In this document: positions 7,945 through 16,656 of the stretch, one piece after another
How the letters are laid out: every line of letters begins with the position of its first letter
How positions within the stretch are numbered: position 1 is the stretch's first letter
Virus record (IMG/VR): IMGVR_UViG_3300043432_000417
Span: 1-45,140 of that record
Reading direction: 5' to 3' (one strand)
Length of the DNA: 45,140 nucleotides
From: a virus
Taxonomy: Duplodnaviria; Caudoviricetes
Program-made: the position numbers and the translations under genes
Notes under the pieces: model-generated
Seen by the model: only the letters and a program-made list of their open reading frames with translations
Told to the model about the DNA's origin: nothing
Databases searched by the model: none

Positions 7945-9699
7945 ATGACCACCGAATCGACCCCGACCGAAACGAAGAAGAACGGAACGCCGGCGCAAAG
8001 CTTTCTCGAAGCACACGTCGACATCGACGACGTCGAAGAGAGCCCGATCAATCCTCGAAAGCACTTCAACGGCATCGACGAGCTCGCGAAGAACATCGCC
8101 GCGCACGGCATCCTTCAAAGGCTTCTCGTGCGCCCCGTGCCCGGGCCCGACGACATGGCACCCTATCAGATCGTCTTCGGCGCTCGGCGCTACCGCGCGG
8201 CGAAGAAAGCCGGGCTCAAGAAAATCCCGGTGACGATCCGCGAGCTCGACGACGCGCATGCCTTCGAGCTCATGGTCGTCGAGAATTGCCAGCGCGAAGA
8301 CGTGCATCCCCTCGAAGAAGCCGAAGGCTACGAGCGGATGAATCGCGACTTTGGCTACAGCGTCGACGACATCGCGGGCAAGGTGCACAAGAGCCGCTCG
8401 GCGATCTACGCGCGCATGAAGCTTTGCGCGCTGTGCCCCGAAGCCCGCAAAGCGTTCTACGCCGACAAATTTACGGCCGAGACTGCGCTCGCGATCGCGC
8501 GCATCCCGAGCCCCATCTTGCAAAAGGATGCGATCAAGCAACTGGAAAGCGCGGGATGGGAAGGCGAGCGCGTCTCGACGCGCCGCGCATTCACGATCAT
8601 CCAAGGGCGCTACATGCTTCGGCTCGATGCTGCGCCCTTCAAGACGACCGACGAAACGCTCGTGCCCGCCGCGGGCTCGTGCTCGAAATGTCCGAAGCGC
8701 ACCGGCAATCAACCCGAGCTCTTTGCCGACGTGAAGAGCAAAGACACGTGCACCGATCCCGATTGCTACAAGTCGAAGGTCGACGCGACGACGGCACAAA
8801 AGGTCACCGAGCTCGAATCGAAAGGCGGCACGGTGCTCACCGAGAAAGAGACGAAGAAGCTCTTTCCGTACGGCGAGGGATCGATGTCCGTCGCCGAAGG
8901 TGCGTCATATTTTCCGCTTGATGGATCGTGCTACGAAGACCCGAAAGGCCGCTCGTACCGCCAGCTTCTCAAGGGCAAGACACTCAAGCTCATCGGCGCC
9001 GTGCATTCGACGAAGGGGCTCGTCGAGCTCGTGTCGCGTGCGGAAGCGGCGAAGCATTTGAAGGCGCTCGATCTCCGAAGCCACGCCGGGCAAGCGGGAG
9101 GCTTCGGCGCCGCCGAGAAGAAGCGACGTGAAGCCGGCATTCTTCGCAATGCGATCTCGATGCTCGCGCTCGCCGAGATCGTCACCGCGGCCGAAAAGAA
9201 GAAGCCCGATCCGAAATTCTGGAACGCCATCACGCCGCTTCTCATCAAGAGCCTTCCGCACGAATGCGCGAAGGCGATCGTCAAGCGCCGCGCACTCGGC
9301 ACGGCGAGCGACACCTTCGCCTTCGAGAAAGTCTTGATGAAGACGTGCTCGAGCATGAAGGACGACCAACGGCGCGGGCTCGCCGTCGAGATCGTGGCGT
9401 CGACGGGCGCCTTCTTCTCGTACGGCGAAGGGCTCGGCGAAGGCATCAAGGCGTGCTCGGCGCTCTATGGCATCAAGCTCACGAAGCTCGAAGCCGAAGC
9501 GAAGAAGCGTCTCAAGCGCCCGCTCATTCGGTGGACGGGCATGAAGGGCAAAGGCAAGAAGGGGCGCACGTACAAAATCTCGAAGACCGCGCATGGCTTT
9601 TGGTTCGAGACCCAGAACGCCGGCGGCAGTGCGGGCAAGACGCTCGACGATGCGAAAGCGCATTGCCAAGAACACGAAGACGTGAAGGCCGAGCGATGA
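7945..9699 (+). CDS. parB: ParB/RepB/Spo0J-family protein with Cys-rich central domain
   Basis: NPRKHF...GILQRLLVRP...YQIVFGARRYRAA...VVENCQREDVHPLEEA; HTH; CSKCPKRTG...CTDPDC; AGGAG RBS. Confidence 0.85.
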   Translation: MTTESTPTETKKNGTPAQSFLEAHVDIDDVEESPINPRKHFNGIDELAKNIAAHGILQRLLVRPVPGPDDMAPYQIVFGARRYRAAKKAGLKKIPVTIRELDDAHAFELMVVENCQREDVHPLEEAEGYERMNRDFGYSVDDIAGKVHKSRSAIYARMKLCALCPEARKAFYADKFTAETALAIARIPSPILQKDAIKQLESAGWEGERVSTRRAFTIIQGRYMLRLDAAPFKTTDETLVPAAGSCSKCPKRTGNQPELFADVKSKDTCTDPDCYKSKVDATTAQKVTELESKGGTVLTEKETKKLFPYGEGSMSVAEGASYFPLDGSCYEDPKGRSYRQLLKGKTLKLIGAVHSTKGLVELVSRAEAAKHLKALDLRSHAGQAGGFGAAEKKRREAGILRNAISMLALAEIVTAAEKKKPDPKFWNAITPLLIKSLPHECAKAIVKRRALGTASDTFAFEKVLMKTCSSMKDDQRRGLAVEIVASTGAFFSYGEGLGEGIKACSALYGIKLTKLEAEAKKRLKRPLIRWTGMKGKGKKGRTYKISKTAHGFWFETQNAGGSAGKTLDDAKAHCQEHEDVKAER

Positions 9700-9983
9700 G
9701 CTGGTTTGCCGATCGTCTCAAGGCCGCCGTCGAGAAAGAGAACGCCGAAGGGATGGCCGACTACGCAAGCCAAATCCGTGAGCGGCTCGAGCGCGTCGAA
9801 CGATACGACCGCGCGATCGTGGCGCTCGTCTTCATCATCCGTTTCGCCACCTTGATCCTCGGAAGTTGGGCTCTCAGTAACGTCGGCATCATCTTGCTCG
9901 ACGCGCATCTCTCGACGTTCCCGGCCTTCGGCATCGCGATCGCCTTCTATGCCTTCGGGCGCTTGGGAGCTCGACGGCCGTGA
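9696..9983 (+). CDS. Membrane protein (2 predicted TM segments)
   Basis: ATGA overlap with parB; hydrophobic C-terminal half. Confidence 0.55.
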   Translation: MSWFADRLKAAVEKENAEGMADYASQIRERLERVERYDRAIVALVFIIRFATLILGSWALSNVGIILLDAHLSTFPAFGIAIAFYAFGRLGARRP

Positions 9984-10141
9984 AGAAGCGCCGCTCGAAG
10001 AAGAAGCCCGAGCCCCTTCTCGACGAGCTTCATCGTCGTTGGAAAGAAGGTGACGACATGCCGAATCTCGTCGCGCGCGAGCTCGTGCAAAAAGACCAAA
10101 CCGGAACGCACTACGAACTAGCGAAGGAGCTACGGCCATGA
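9980..10141 (+). CDS. Small hypothetical protein (53 aa)
   Basis: GTGA/ATGA coupling at both ends. Confidence 0.4.
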   Translation: MKKRRSKKKPEPLLDELHRRWKEGDDMPNLVARELVQKDQTGTHYELAKELRP

Positions 10142-10368
10142 CCCAGCACGGGATCATCATTCAGCACGAAGCCACGCTTCAAGAGCTCGCAATCGCACGC
10201 GAAGAGCTCGAGCAAGCCGAAGCCGCGCTCGAAGAAGCAACGAAGCTCGCCCTTCAAACCGAACACGCGCGCATCGACGCCGTTCAGCGCGCGGTGCTAG
10301 CGCGCTCGAAGCTCGCCGGGCTCGTGCGTGAAGAGCGCGACCTTTCGACGCGTCGCGCGGCGGGTTGA
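10138..10368 (+). CDS. Hypothetical coiled-coil protein
   Basis: AAGGAG RBS; genome-typical codons. Confidence 0.6.
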   Translation: MTQHGIIIQHEATLQELAIAREELEQAEAALEEATKLALQTEHARIDAVQRAVLARSKLAGLVREERDLSTRRAAG

Positions 10369-10530
10369 AGCCCGACGGCGACGAGCATGCGAGCGACTTC
10401 GAGCTTCATCAAGCGGAGTGCGATGGCGGTCTTCATGCCCCGGATGAACGGCACCCCGACGAAAATCCGTAGAGAAATCGACTATGCATTTGTGGGGGTG
10501 AAAGCCCCCGATACTGAACGGGTGCGCGTC

Positions 10531-10560
10531 TTGAGGGGAGCTCGGCCGAAGCCGTACGCT
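10531..10560 (+). promoter_or_regulatory. Putative sigma70-like promoter for the lipoprotein gene (near-leaderless)
   Basis: TTGAGG-18 nt-TACGCT, ending 6 nt before ATG 10567. Confidence 0.35.
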
Positions 10561-10566
10561 GTGAGG

Positions 10567-11037
10567 ATGAAGACCATCCTCACCCTCTGTTTTGCCCTCT
10601 TCGGCTGCATGCACACCGTCGTCATCGACGATCGCGAGCTCGGCGACGCGATGCCCCCGCTCGAGCGCACCGACGCGTTAGCGGGCGATTCTGGCGCGCC
10701 ATCAGCCGACGCCGCGCACGACGCCGGCGACGCGAGCCACGATGCCCCCTCCCCTCCCGATGCCGCCGTCGTCGATTCGGGCGTTGACACCGGCATCGAT
10801 TCGGGTGTGAGCGATTCGGGCGTCGTCGTCGACTCAGGCGTTGCCTTGTGCTTCGTCAACAACTACGCGCCGCGCGATTGCGTGAGCATGGGTCAAGACT
10901 TCTACGTGGTCGAATCGTGCGGCATGAATTGTTGGACGACGACGCCGTGCTTGCAAAAGATGCCGCATTGCCCGAACGGCGACACGTGCGAATTCCTGAA
11001 CGGCCAAAACCAAGTAGTAAAGGGCGTGTGCAAGTGA
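10567..11037 (+). CDS. Myxobacterial-type lipoprotein with DAG/DSG-rich linker and Cys-rich C-terminal domain
   Basis: MKTILTLCFALFGC lipobox; repeated DAA/DSGV; 8 Cys in the C-terminal domain. Confidence 0.7.
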   Translation: MKTILTLCFALFGCMHTVVIDDRELGDAMPPLERTDALAGDSGAPSADAAHDAGDASHDAPSPPDAAVVDSGVDTGIDSGVSDSGVVVDSGVALCFVNNYAPRDCVSMGQDFYVVESCGMNCWTTTPCLQKMPHCPNGDTCEFLNGQNQVVKGVCK

Positions 11038-11297
11038 CGCCGAAGAAATCGAAATGGTGCGGTGGATGCGGTCAGTGCAAGCCCATCGAGTGCTTCCACC
11101 GAAACGCGAGCGCGAAGGACGGTCGTCAACCCCGGTGCATTAAGTGCCGATCGAATCGACCCGGGCACCATCGCGCAGCGTCTAAGCCGCTTTTCACGAT
11201 GCCCGATCCGCCGTCGCGTCCGAAGGTTACCGTCGACGATGTACGCGATGCTCGAGATGCGGGCGTGCCGCTTCTTCTCGCGGGGTGCCGGACGTGA
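11034..11297 (+). CDS. Zinc-finger protein (HNH-associated N-terminal type)
   Basis: KWCGGCGQCKPIECFHRNASAKDGRQPRCIKC. Confidence 0.6.
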   Translation: MTPKKSKWCGGCGQCKPIECFHRNASAKDGRQPRCIKCRSNRPGHHRAASKPLFTMPDPPSRPKVTVDDVRDARDAGVPLLLAGCRT

Positions 11298-11479
11298 GCG
11301 AACCGGACCGAAGCCGCATTCGTGGAATCATTTTCTCGTACACTGGACGGATCGCGTCACCATTCGAAGTCGATCGCTACTTGCTCGATCCGTGGGTCCG
11401 TGAAGCCCGCACTTCGTACGATCGGCTTCGTCGTGCCGAGCGATTGGCGATCGTTGCCATGAAACGATCGAGGTATTGA
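11294..11479 (+). CDS. Hypothetical protein
   Basis: GTGA-coupled. Confidence 0.45.
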   Translation: MSEPDRSRIRGIIFSYTGRIASPFEVDRYLLDPWVREARTSYDRLRRAERLAIVAMKRSRY

Positions 11480-11480
11480 G

Positions 11481-11648
11481 ATGAGCAAATCCTTGATGCT
11501 CGAGCTCGCTTCGATCGCATGGCGCGACGCAATCGCCGCGAGCGACGAAGGGCGCTTCGAGGATGCAGCGCACTTGATAGCCACCGCGCTCGAGCTCGAA
11601 GAAGCCGCTACCCCGTCGCGCCGGCGAGCCGAGAAGCCGCCGCTTTGA
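11481..11648 (+). CDS. Hypothetical protein (55 aa), overlaps the endolysin 3' end convergently
   Basis: GAGG RBS; MSKSLMLELASIAWRDAIAA... Confidence 0.45.
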   Translation: MSKSLMLELASIAWRDAIAASDEGRFEDAAHLIATALELEEAATPSRRRAEKPPL

Positions 11649-12351
11649 CGTCGGCGATGTAGCTATCCCACGGGAACGCCGGGCCAGGGTCTTGATGCCC
11701 ATGCCCGCCGGCGAAGGCCGTGGAGAAGTCGACGTGCCCCGCGATGCCGCGCCCGCCGTGCACGAGCTCGTCGGGCGTGAGGCGTTGAATCGGGATCGAG
11801 AAGCGGATGCACAAGCGCGCCGTGAGCTCGGCCGAGAGCGCGAGACATCGCACCGAGTAGTCGTCATGCCACGCCGGCGCATCTTGCGACGCATATCCCG
11901 CGTGCTCGATGCCGATGCTCGTCTCGTTTCCAAAGCCGACGTGCCACGCGCGATCGCACTCGAGCACGCATTGCACGACTTGCGTGTCGTCGACGACGTA
12001 GTGCGCCGATGTTCCGTTGAAGGGCTTGCCATTGACGAGCGTCCCTTGCGCCGGTTGGAGCGCGAACCATCCCGCGATGTTCAGCGCTTCCTTGTGAATC
12101 TCGGGCGCTTCGGCGGTGTGGATGACGACGACGTCGATGACCGTGCGATGCTCGGGCGTGAAATTCTTCGCGCGCATGAAGACGGGAAGCTTGATGCTCG
12201 CATCATTGAGATAGCTCTCGAGCCCGATGGGATCGCGACCGGCGAGGAACGCCGCGATCGCCGCCTTCGTCTTCGGACCAATGACGCCGTCGATGCCTCC
12301 CGGGTCGAAGCCAAGCCGGTAGAGTGCGATTTGCTGGTCACGTGGATTCAT
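11608..12351 (-). CDS. Endolysin: peptidoglycan-binding domain plus N-acetylmuramoyl-L-alanine amidase (Amidase_2)
   Basis: LGFDPGGIDGVIGPKTKAAI; VVIHTAE...SAHYVVD...AWHVG..N..SIGIEH...GH...HQDPG. Confidence 0.9.
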   Translation of the reverse strand: MNPRDQQIALYRLGFDPGGIDGVIGPKTKAAIAAFLAGRDPIGLESYLNDASIKLPVFMRAKNFTPEHRTVIDVVVIHTAEAPEIHKEALNIAGWFALQPAQGTLVNGKPFNGTSAHYVVDDTQVVQCVLECDRAWHVGFGNETSIGIEHAGYASQDAPAWHDDYSVRCLALSAELTARLCIRFSIPIQRLTPDELVHGGRGIAGHVDFSTAFAGGHGHQDPGPAFPWDSYIADVKAAASRLAGATG

Positions 12352-12644
12352 TCGTCGGGCTCCCTTCGATGGTCGGTCTTTGGAATCGGTGGCGGTGCGG
12401 GCTCTGTGTCGCGGGATTCGTCGGCCTTCGCCGCTTCGAGCGCCGCCGGCGTATCACGCCGTGTGATGGGCTCGAGCCCGAAGAGCTCGCCGGCGCGCTC
12501 GAGCGTGACCTTGCCCGTGCCGCCGCACTCCTTGCACGTCGGCGCATTGGGCACGACGCCGAGCGGGATGACGCCCTTCCCTTTGCACACGGGGCAATCG
12601 GGGGAGATCGGCGTCGTACCGCTCGGGCGCCGGCGTTCGGTCAT
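12348..12644 (-). CDS. DnaJ-type zinc-finger (CxxCxGxG x2) small protein
   Basis: CPVCKGKG and CKECGGTG. Confidence 0.6.
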   Translation of the reverse strand: MTERRRPSGTTPISPDCPVCKGKGVIPLGVVPNAPTCKECGGTGKVTLERAGELFGLEPITRRDTPAALEAAKADESRDTEPAPPPIPKTDHRREPDE

Positions 12645-12871
12645 GTCCCGAACTTCAGGCGCTTCAAGAGATCGACCGTGAGCTCGTCGACCTTCTCGAC
12701 GACGAGCTCGGGCGACATACCTTCTTGCTCGGCTTGGATGATGAAGGCCGCGACTTCGCCACCAAAGCCGATGGCGGTGCCGGCGCGCGGTGAGACGAGC
12801 TCGACGAGATTCTTCGCCGTCGCGAGCGCAGCCGGGATCATGTCGATGATGTCTTTCGGTTCGATGCTCAT
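12641..12871 (-). CDS. Hypothetical lysis-cassette protein
   Basis: GGAGG RBS; ATGA-coupled. Confidence 0.55.
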   Translation of the reverse strand: MSIEPKDIIDMIPAALATAKNLVELVSPRAGTAIGFGGEVAAFIIQAEQEGMSPELVVEKVDELTVDLLKRLKFGT

Positions 12872-13365
12872 GGTTTCCCTCCGTCCGTGCATTCCGTTCG
12901 CCCGCGCACTTGCGCGATACATGCGTCGACGTCGGCTTCGGTCTTGCCGTTGAGCACGCACTCGCGCTCGAGAATCCCCTTGTTGGCGATACAATTCGCC
13001 GCTTCGGGATTCGCTTTCACGACCGACCCACCGCCCGCGCACGAACAAAGCGCGTAGGGCGTCATCGCGAGCACGCATCCGATGCCGATGAGAAGGAAGA
13101 CCAGCGGCATGCCCGTGCCCGGTGGCACACCATCGTCAGGCTTCGCCGGCGGCGTGGGATCGCTCGGCGTCGGCCTGGGGAAAGGAATCGCTTGCGGCGA
13201 TCGGAGCACCATGAGCCACGTGGAGAGCGCGCCGAGTGCGGCGAGCCCGAGCACCGGCGAGAGCCACGGCGGCGTGCGCGACATCGCATACCCGACGAGA
13301 ATCATCATGCCGATGGTCGCAAGACCGAGGGCAAGACTGAGTGCACGATTTCGATCCATGGTCAC
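12868..13365 (-). CDS. Holin/spanin-like membrane protein with internal lipobox-like segment
   Basis: Two N-terminal TM segments, Pro-rich linker, third hydrophobic segment ending ALCSC, Cys-rich tail; upstream of the endolysin. Confidence 0.55.
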   Translation of the reverse strand: MTMDRNRALSLALGLATIGMMILVGYAMSRTPPWLSPVLGLAALGALSTWLMVLRSPQAIPFPRPTPSDPTPPAKPDDGVPPGTGMPLVFLLIGIGCVLAMTPYALCSCAGGGSVVKANPEAANCIANKGILERECVLNGKTEADVDACIAQVRGRTECTDGGKP

Positions 13366-13748
13366 GGTCCTTTCAAAATAGGTAGCACACGGGCAATGAA
13401 CTCGAGCACCGCCCCAATGGCGATCGCCGCGGTGACGGCCCGCTTCATCCACGTCCGATAGAGCTCTTCTTGCACCTTGCGGTCATGGCGAGCTCGTCGG
13501 TTTGCTCGAAACTCCTTGGCCGTCTTCTCGAGAAGCGGGGTTTGTTTCTCGGTCTCGCCGCGGATGGTGGCAAGCTCGCCGTCTTGTTTCTTGAGAATTC
13601 CTTCGACGTGACCCGACATCGCCTTGATGTCGGTCGACCATTTTGACCGAAGCTCTTGCTCGAGCCGATCGCGAAGGTTCTTGTGCTCGAGCTCGTGCGT
13701 CGCTTTCCAGTGCTCGAGCTCGTCGACGCGCTTGTCGAGATCGCTCAT
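13362..13748 (-). CDS. Coiled-coil protein with C-terminal TM helix (lysis cassette)
   Basis: Heptad repeats followed by AVTAAIAIGAVLEFIARVLPIL. Confidence 0.6.
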   Translation of the reverse strand: MSDLDKRVDELEHWKATHELEHKNLRDRLEQELRSKWSTDIKAMSGHVEGILKKQDGELATIRGETEKQTPLLEKTAKEFRANRRARHDRKVQEELYRTWMKRAVTAAIAIGAVLEFIARVLPILKGP

Positions 13749-14143
13749 CGCGGGCCCCGTGAAAGCGGCGAAGCGGCGTAGACGTCGGCCGTGGCTTCGA
13801 GCTCTTCGAGACGAAAGGGCTTCTCGATGTAATGGTGCTTCTCGATGAAGTCGGCGACGGCCGGGATCCCTGCCCCGCCGGTGATGAAGACGACGCGATC
13901 GCGCCGAGCCGGTGCACGAAGCGCAAGCTCGTCGAAAAGCAAGATGCCATTGAGCTCGGGCATGATGATGTCGAGAAAGATGACGTCGAAGCGCTCGTCA
14001 TCCCGACAGAGTCGCTCGAGCGCCGCTTCGGGATTCGACTCATAGACGACGTCGTACGCGTCGGACATGCCGCGCCAGATCACGCGACCGAGCGGCTTCT
14101 CGTCGTCGATGACGAAGACTCGGGGCCTACCGACGCCGACCAT
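13745..14143 (-). CDS. Stand-alone response regulator receiver (CheY-like) protein
   Basis: VFVIDDE; VIFLDIIMPELNG (phospho-Asp); VVFITG; YIEKPF. Confidence 0.9.
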   Translation of the reverse strand: MVGVGRPRVFVIDDEKPLGRVIWRGMSDAYDVVYESNPEAALERLCRDDERFDVIFLDIIMPELNGILLFDELALRAPARRDRVVFITGGAGIPAVADFIEKHHYIEKPFRLEELEATADVYAASPLSRGPR

Positions 14144-14354
14144 CGTTCGCTTCCGAGAAGGCCGGCGAGGGTTGGAACGACGGACGCGAAGACGCTCGGC
14201 GCACCGTCACGAGAAGGACGTGCGAGCCGCATGTGCACACCCGGTACTCGTGCACCTCGCCGGCGAAGGTGACACATCCACCGTTTTTCTTCACGAGATC
14301 GAGCTCGTCGAATTCGGTGCGCGTGTACTGCCTATGGCAATAGGTGCACCGCAT
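14127..14354 (-). CDS. Small zinc-ribbon protein
   Basis: MRCTYC...RVCTCGS; TGATG-coupled to the upstream gene. Confidence 0.5.
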   Translation of the reverse strand: MRCTYCHRQYTRTEFDELDLVKKNGGCVTFAGEVHEYRVCTCGSHVLLVTVRRASSRPSFQPSPAFSEANDGRRR

Positions 14355-16654
14355 CAGAAGGCAATCGGTTCGATCTTGAAGACGTAGCCGATGCCGTCGC
14401 CGATGCCGCCGTTGCCCGGCCCGATGTAGATACGGTCGGCGTCGACGCACACGCCATCCGCATGGCTTCCCGGCCCGGGCTGGTCACTGTCGACCTTGTG
14501 TCGAAGCTCGGTCCACGCCGTGAGATCGGAAAGCGGCGCCGCCCAAACGTCCTTCAAATTCAGAAAGAGCGATTGGTCGGAGCCCGCACCGCCGAAGCCC
14601 TTGAGAAGCACGACGTGCCCGCGGAAGACGACGACCGAGTTATATTGCCGCTTCACATAGGGTGCCGTGCCTTCGGCGACCCAAGTCGTCCAGGTTTTGC
14701 CATCGAAGGTGCGTACCGCGTCGTAGTAGTCGCGCACGAGATCGTCGTCGTACGTACCGCCGGCGACGATGATCGCTTGCTTCTTTCCGGCTACCGTTGC
14801 GACAGGAATCGGATTCGAGATGACGCCGCCGACGAAGGGTGCGTCGTCGATCTGAAGCCAGAACTTCCCGCCATCGTCGGAGCGATAGACGCGCGCGTGC
14901 GCCGTCGTGTGATCGTTTCCGTCGGTTTGCCCGCCGACCTTGTAGAGCGATCCATTCAAGGAGAAGTAGCAAGCGAGGATGTCGGGCACCCACGGGCCCG
15001 TGCCGAATTTCTCCCATTGAGTGAGATCGGTGAGCGGCGCTCGATAGACGTTCGCGTGATAGCCCGAGTAAAAGCCGTCGCCCCCGATCTGGTATGCGTA
15101 GAGCACGCCGCCGTCGTCGTGAACGATGTAGCCGACCGCGTGCTGAGGGGGCGGTCGGTTGTCCGGCGGGTTGAGATCTTGTGCGAGAAATTCCGAAAAC
15201 GTCGCACCGCCGTCGGTCGAGCGAAGGATTTGGTTGGTGACAATGCTCGGGCCCGGAAAGCCGCCGGTGCCGCCCGTGTGATCCCACCCGTTGAGCTTGT
15301 AGAGCTCGTTGGGCAAGAGCCCCTTGAGAAGCCACGCGCCATCGCACGGATGGTACTGACCTTGCGAAACGAGCGACGTCACCGGCGTCCCTTGCACCCA
15401 TTGCGCACGAAGCCAATTCTCGATCCTCGTTCGCTCGGGCGCCGAGACGACGCCCTCGGTGATGACGAAAGCCGACGTCCACGCGAAGAGCGGATTGCTA
15501 ACCGTGTCGCCGAGACGATTCCAATTCGCCGTGCCGTACGTCGGGAAGGTGTCGGTCGAGCCCGCTTGCACGCCGTCGATGTACATCTTCAAGACGCTAT
15601 TGGGCTGGTCGCTTCCGTCGAGAGTTTGCCCGACGGTGTGCGGCGTACCGTCGTCGAGCCCGGTGCCCTTGAAGTGATTGAAGCCGGCATTGGCTTCGTA
15701 CATGCGGATGCCGAAGGCGCCGCCCGACTTGTCGAGCGCGAAGTCGAGAACGCCGCTTCCCGTGCCGATGCGAAACTCGCCGGCGACCCCGAGACCATCC
15801 CAGCGCATGACGGTGAAGGTGGACACCGACGTGAAAGGAATCGGGGCGGCAAGAGCGAGCACGTCGGTGCCCGGGCCGGCATTGTACGGCACACCATTCC
15901 ACGCGATGACCTTGCGTCGAAGCCACTCGAGACGATTCGCAAGAAGCGGCGGCTTCGTCGAGACATGCGTCACGGTCTCGGCACCCGAGCCTTGATCGGC
16001 GATGCTCACGATGCCACTCGATTCGGTAACGCCGCGCTCGGGATCGTAAATGTGCGGCGTAGCGCTCACGACTTGATCGGGGTACCAGGCTTCGACGAGC
16101 CCGCTTCCACCGGTCGACGGGCCGGCGATCGTCGTAACAACGACGTCGAGCCCCGTAGCGGGAGCATGCGAAGGCGCCCGCACCCATAGAACCGTCTCGC
16201 TCTCGACCCACGCGACCGGCGCGTCGATGCCGCCGATGGTGACCGTTGGATTGCCGATGAAGCCCGTGCCGGTGACTTCGACAAGCGTATCGCCGTGCGT
16301 GTCGATCTGCGCGGGCGAAACGCTCGAGACCGTCGGAACGCCGACGCTTCCCGTATACGAGAAGGCGCCGTCGAGCGATGCCTTGCCGACCGCGTTCAGC
16401 ACGACGACGTCGAGCCCCGACGCCGAGACATGCGTCGGGGTGAGGATGTGCACGTAGCCCGGCGCCGTGCGAAGGATCGTCGCCGGCACACCATCGATGG
16501 TCACCGAACGGACGTCGCTGAGATGCTTGCCCGTGATGACGCGAAACTCGCCGCCTTGCGGATCGCCGAAGTTTGGGAAAATCGTGATGAGCGTCGGCGG
16601 TTGGGGAATCGCCGGCGGGAGATGATGACCTTCGGGCGGCACGAGAAGAGGCAT
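14354..16654 (-). CDS. Receptor-binding/tail fibre protein: two IPT/TIG domains, LamG-like domain, Kelch/BNR propeller
   Basis: PTLITIFPNFG..QGG...ITG and PTVSSVSP...G.TLVEVTGTGF (IPT); LKMYIDG (LamG); RSTDGGATF and RSDDGGKFW Asp-boxes. Confidence 0.7.
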   Translation of the reverse strand: MPLLVPPEGHHLPPAIPQPPTLITIFPNFGDPQGGEFRVITGKHLSDVRSVTIDGVPATILRTAPGYVHILTPTHVSASGLDVVVLNAVGKASLDGAFSYTGSVGVPTVSSVSPAQIDTHGDTLVEVTGTGFIGNPTVTIGGIDAPVAWVESETVLWVRAPSHAPATGLDVVVTTIAGPSTGGSGLVEAWYPDQVVSATPHIYDPERGVTESSGIVSIADQGSGAETVTHVSTKPPLLANRLEWLRRKVIAWNGVPYNAGPGTDVLALAAPIPFTSVSTFTVMRWDGLGVAGEFRIGTGSGVLDFALDKSGGAFGIRMYEANAGFNHFKGTGLDDGTPHTVGQTLDGSDQPNSVLKMYIDGVQAGSTDTFPTYGTANWNRLGDTVSNPLFAWTSAFVITEGVVSAPERTRIENWLRAQWVQGTPVTSLVSQGQYHPCDGAWLLKGLLPNELYKLNGWDHTGGTGGFPGPSIVTNQILRSTDGGATFSEFLAQDLNPPDNRPPPQHAVGYIVHDDGGVLYAYQIGGDGFYSGYHANVYRAPLTDLTQWEKFGTGPWVPDILACYFSLNGSLYKVGGQTDGNDHTTAHARVYRSDDGGKFWLQIDDAPFVGGVISNPIPVATVAGKKQAIIVAGGTYDDDLVRDYYDAVRTFDGKTWTTWVAEGTAPYVKRQYNSVVVFRGHVVLLKGFGGAGSDQSLFLNLKDVWAAPLSDLTAWTELRHKVDSDQPGPGSHADGVCVDADRIYIGPGNGGIGDGIGYVFKIEPIAF

Positions 16655-16656
16655 GG

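Noticed and set aside
10284-10436. Minus-strand 50-codon ORF (MKTAIALRLM...)
   Set aside because: Overlaps a better supported plus-strand gene, no clear RBS or motif; insufficient support
10760-10845. GTCGATTCGGG-like repeats resembling a mini array
   Set aside because: Coding DSGV repeats in the lipoprotein linker; no unique spacers of CRISPR length
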